The notes under the pieces are model-generated. The model was not told the DNA's origin and ran no database searches. It saw only the letters and a program-made list of their open reading frames with translations. Made by a program: the position numbers and the translations under genes. DNA of 64,000 nt, taken from contig NC_043000.1 in assembly GCF_006345805.1 (NCBI RefSeq), positions 67,952,001 through 68,016,000 of the forward strand. Direction: 5' to 3'. Position 1 is the stretch's first letter. The number at the start of each line of letters is the position of its first letter. This DNA comes from Octopus sinensis. Lineage: Eukaryota. This document shows, one piece after another, positions 62,811 through 64,000 of the stretch.

Positions 62811-63914
62811 TAACATTGATGTCTTTTTCACCATTGTTACAATCATCTGAAATGGAACTGTCAAAGCATGATATTTGGGTTATTTTGCTATTCAACCTCA
62901 AAAAAGGATGTATAGCAGCTGAAATTGCTTGTGATATCAATGAAACTTTTGATGAGGAAATGATTGGTGAGTGATCAGCTCGAAAATGGTTTAAACAATT
63001 TTGCAGTGGGGACCTGAGCTTTGAAGATCCTGAGCATAGTGGATGCCCATTAGTTATCGATGATGGTTGATTAAAGACCATCATTGAGAAAAATCCATGT
63101 AAAAACACTCAAGAACTGGTGAAAGAACTTCAACTTAACCAGAAAACTGCCTGCACCCATTTGCAAATCAAAAAACTCAACAAATGGGTATCACATGATT
63201 TGAATGAAATCAGAAAATGCACAGATATGAAATTTGCTCATTGCTTCTTCTCCATAACCAGACCAATCCATTTCTTGTCTGTATTGTAACTTGCAATGAA
63301 AAGTGGATTCTGTACAATAATAAAAGCGTTCTTCACAGTGGTTGGATCACAATGAAGCACTGAAAACCTTCCCTAAACCCGAGCTCCTCAAAAAGAAGAT
63401 TATAGTGACTGTTTGATGGTGTACTGCTGGACTCATCCACTATAACTGCTTAAAATTTCAAAAAACCATTACTGAAGAAACATATTGCCATGAAATTGCC
63501 AAAATGAATGAAAACTGCTATTCTTCAATCTCAGACTGGTCAACAGAAGAGGACCAATCATTCTTCATACAATGCTCAACCACACGTTTCACTAATGATG
63601 CGCTAGAAGTTCTTCCCTACCTAGCTTACACCCCAGACCTTTCTCCAATAGAACTACCATTTTCAAGCACCTTGATTATTTCCTGTGAGAGAAGGATTTC
63701 AAATATCAAACCTCATGCTGAAAATGCATTCAAAGAGTTCATGAGCTCCAGAACTCTAGTTTTATGTTACCACAATAAACAAACTAGTAACTCATTGGCA
63801 AAAATGTGTTGATTGTAATGGTACTTACTTTGATGAATAAAACTTCCTCATTGTTGAAATATATTGTGATGAATTTCATGTTTCAAAACGTTGCTTACTT
63901 TTTACTCAGCCTGA
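62811..63914 (+). mobile_element. Decayed Hsmar1/cecropia-like mariner
   Basis: MELSKHDIW, KWFKQF, IVTCNEKWILYNN, YTPDLSP; right TIR ...gttgcttactttttactcagcctga followed by TA. Confidence 0.9.
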
Positions 63915-64000
63915 TATATATATAAAATCATCATCATCCTTTAACATTTGTTTTCCATGTTGGTGTGTATTGGACAATTTGACAGGAGGTGGTAAGTTGG

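Overview
AT-rich, microsatellite- and transposon-dense animal DNA. The SINE and RTE repertoire points to an octopus (inference). Two host genes are reconstructed by hand, both on the + strand. (1) eIF1A has five coding exons at 769-852, 6114-6217, 7434-7566, 9406-9494 and 11518-11523; its first exon lies upstream of the window. (2) A small type I membrane protein with a signal peptide, a six-cysteine ectodomain and one TM helix, of Shisa-like/CYYR1/WBP1-VOPP1 type, has exons at 41526-41583, 55454-55565 and 58065-58246; its 3' end is unresolved. Most of the rest is decayed mobile DNA: RTE and R4/Dong LINEs, Penelope-like elements, a Gypsy LTR element, Tigger, mariner, hAT, ISL2EU, a Merlin-like long-TIR element, MITEs and several tRNA-derived SINE families. 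The most unusual signal is a set of hammerhead-ribozyme motifs: a tRNA-headed SINE ending in a minimal hammerhead (24590-24792), a head-to-head fold-back of two such tails (12880-13196), and an independent hammerhead at 18178-18222. Repeat copies also show a visible CpG-decay boundary near 23-24 kb. There is a 100-N assembly gap at 55867-55966. All alignments and foldings were done by eye, and repeat boundaries are approximate unless TSDs or TIRs are quoted.
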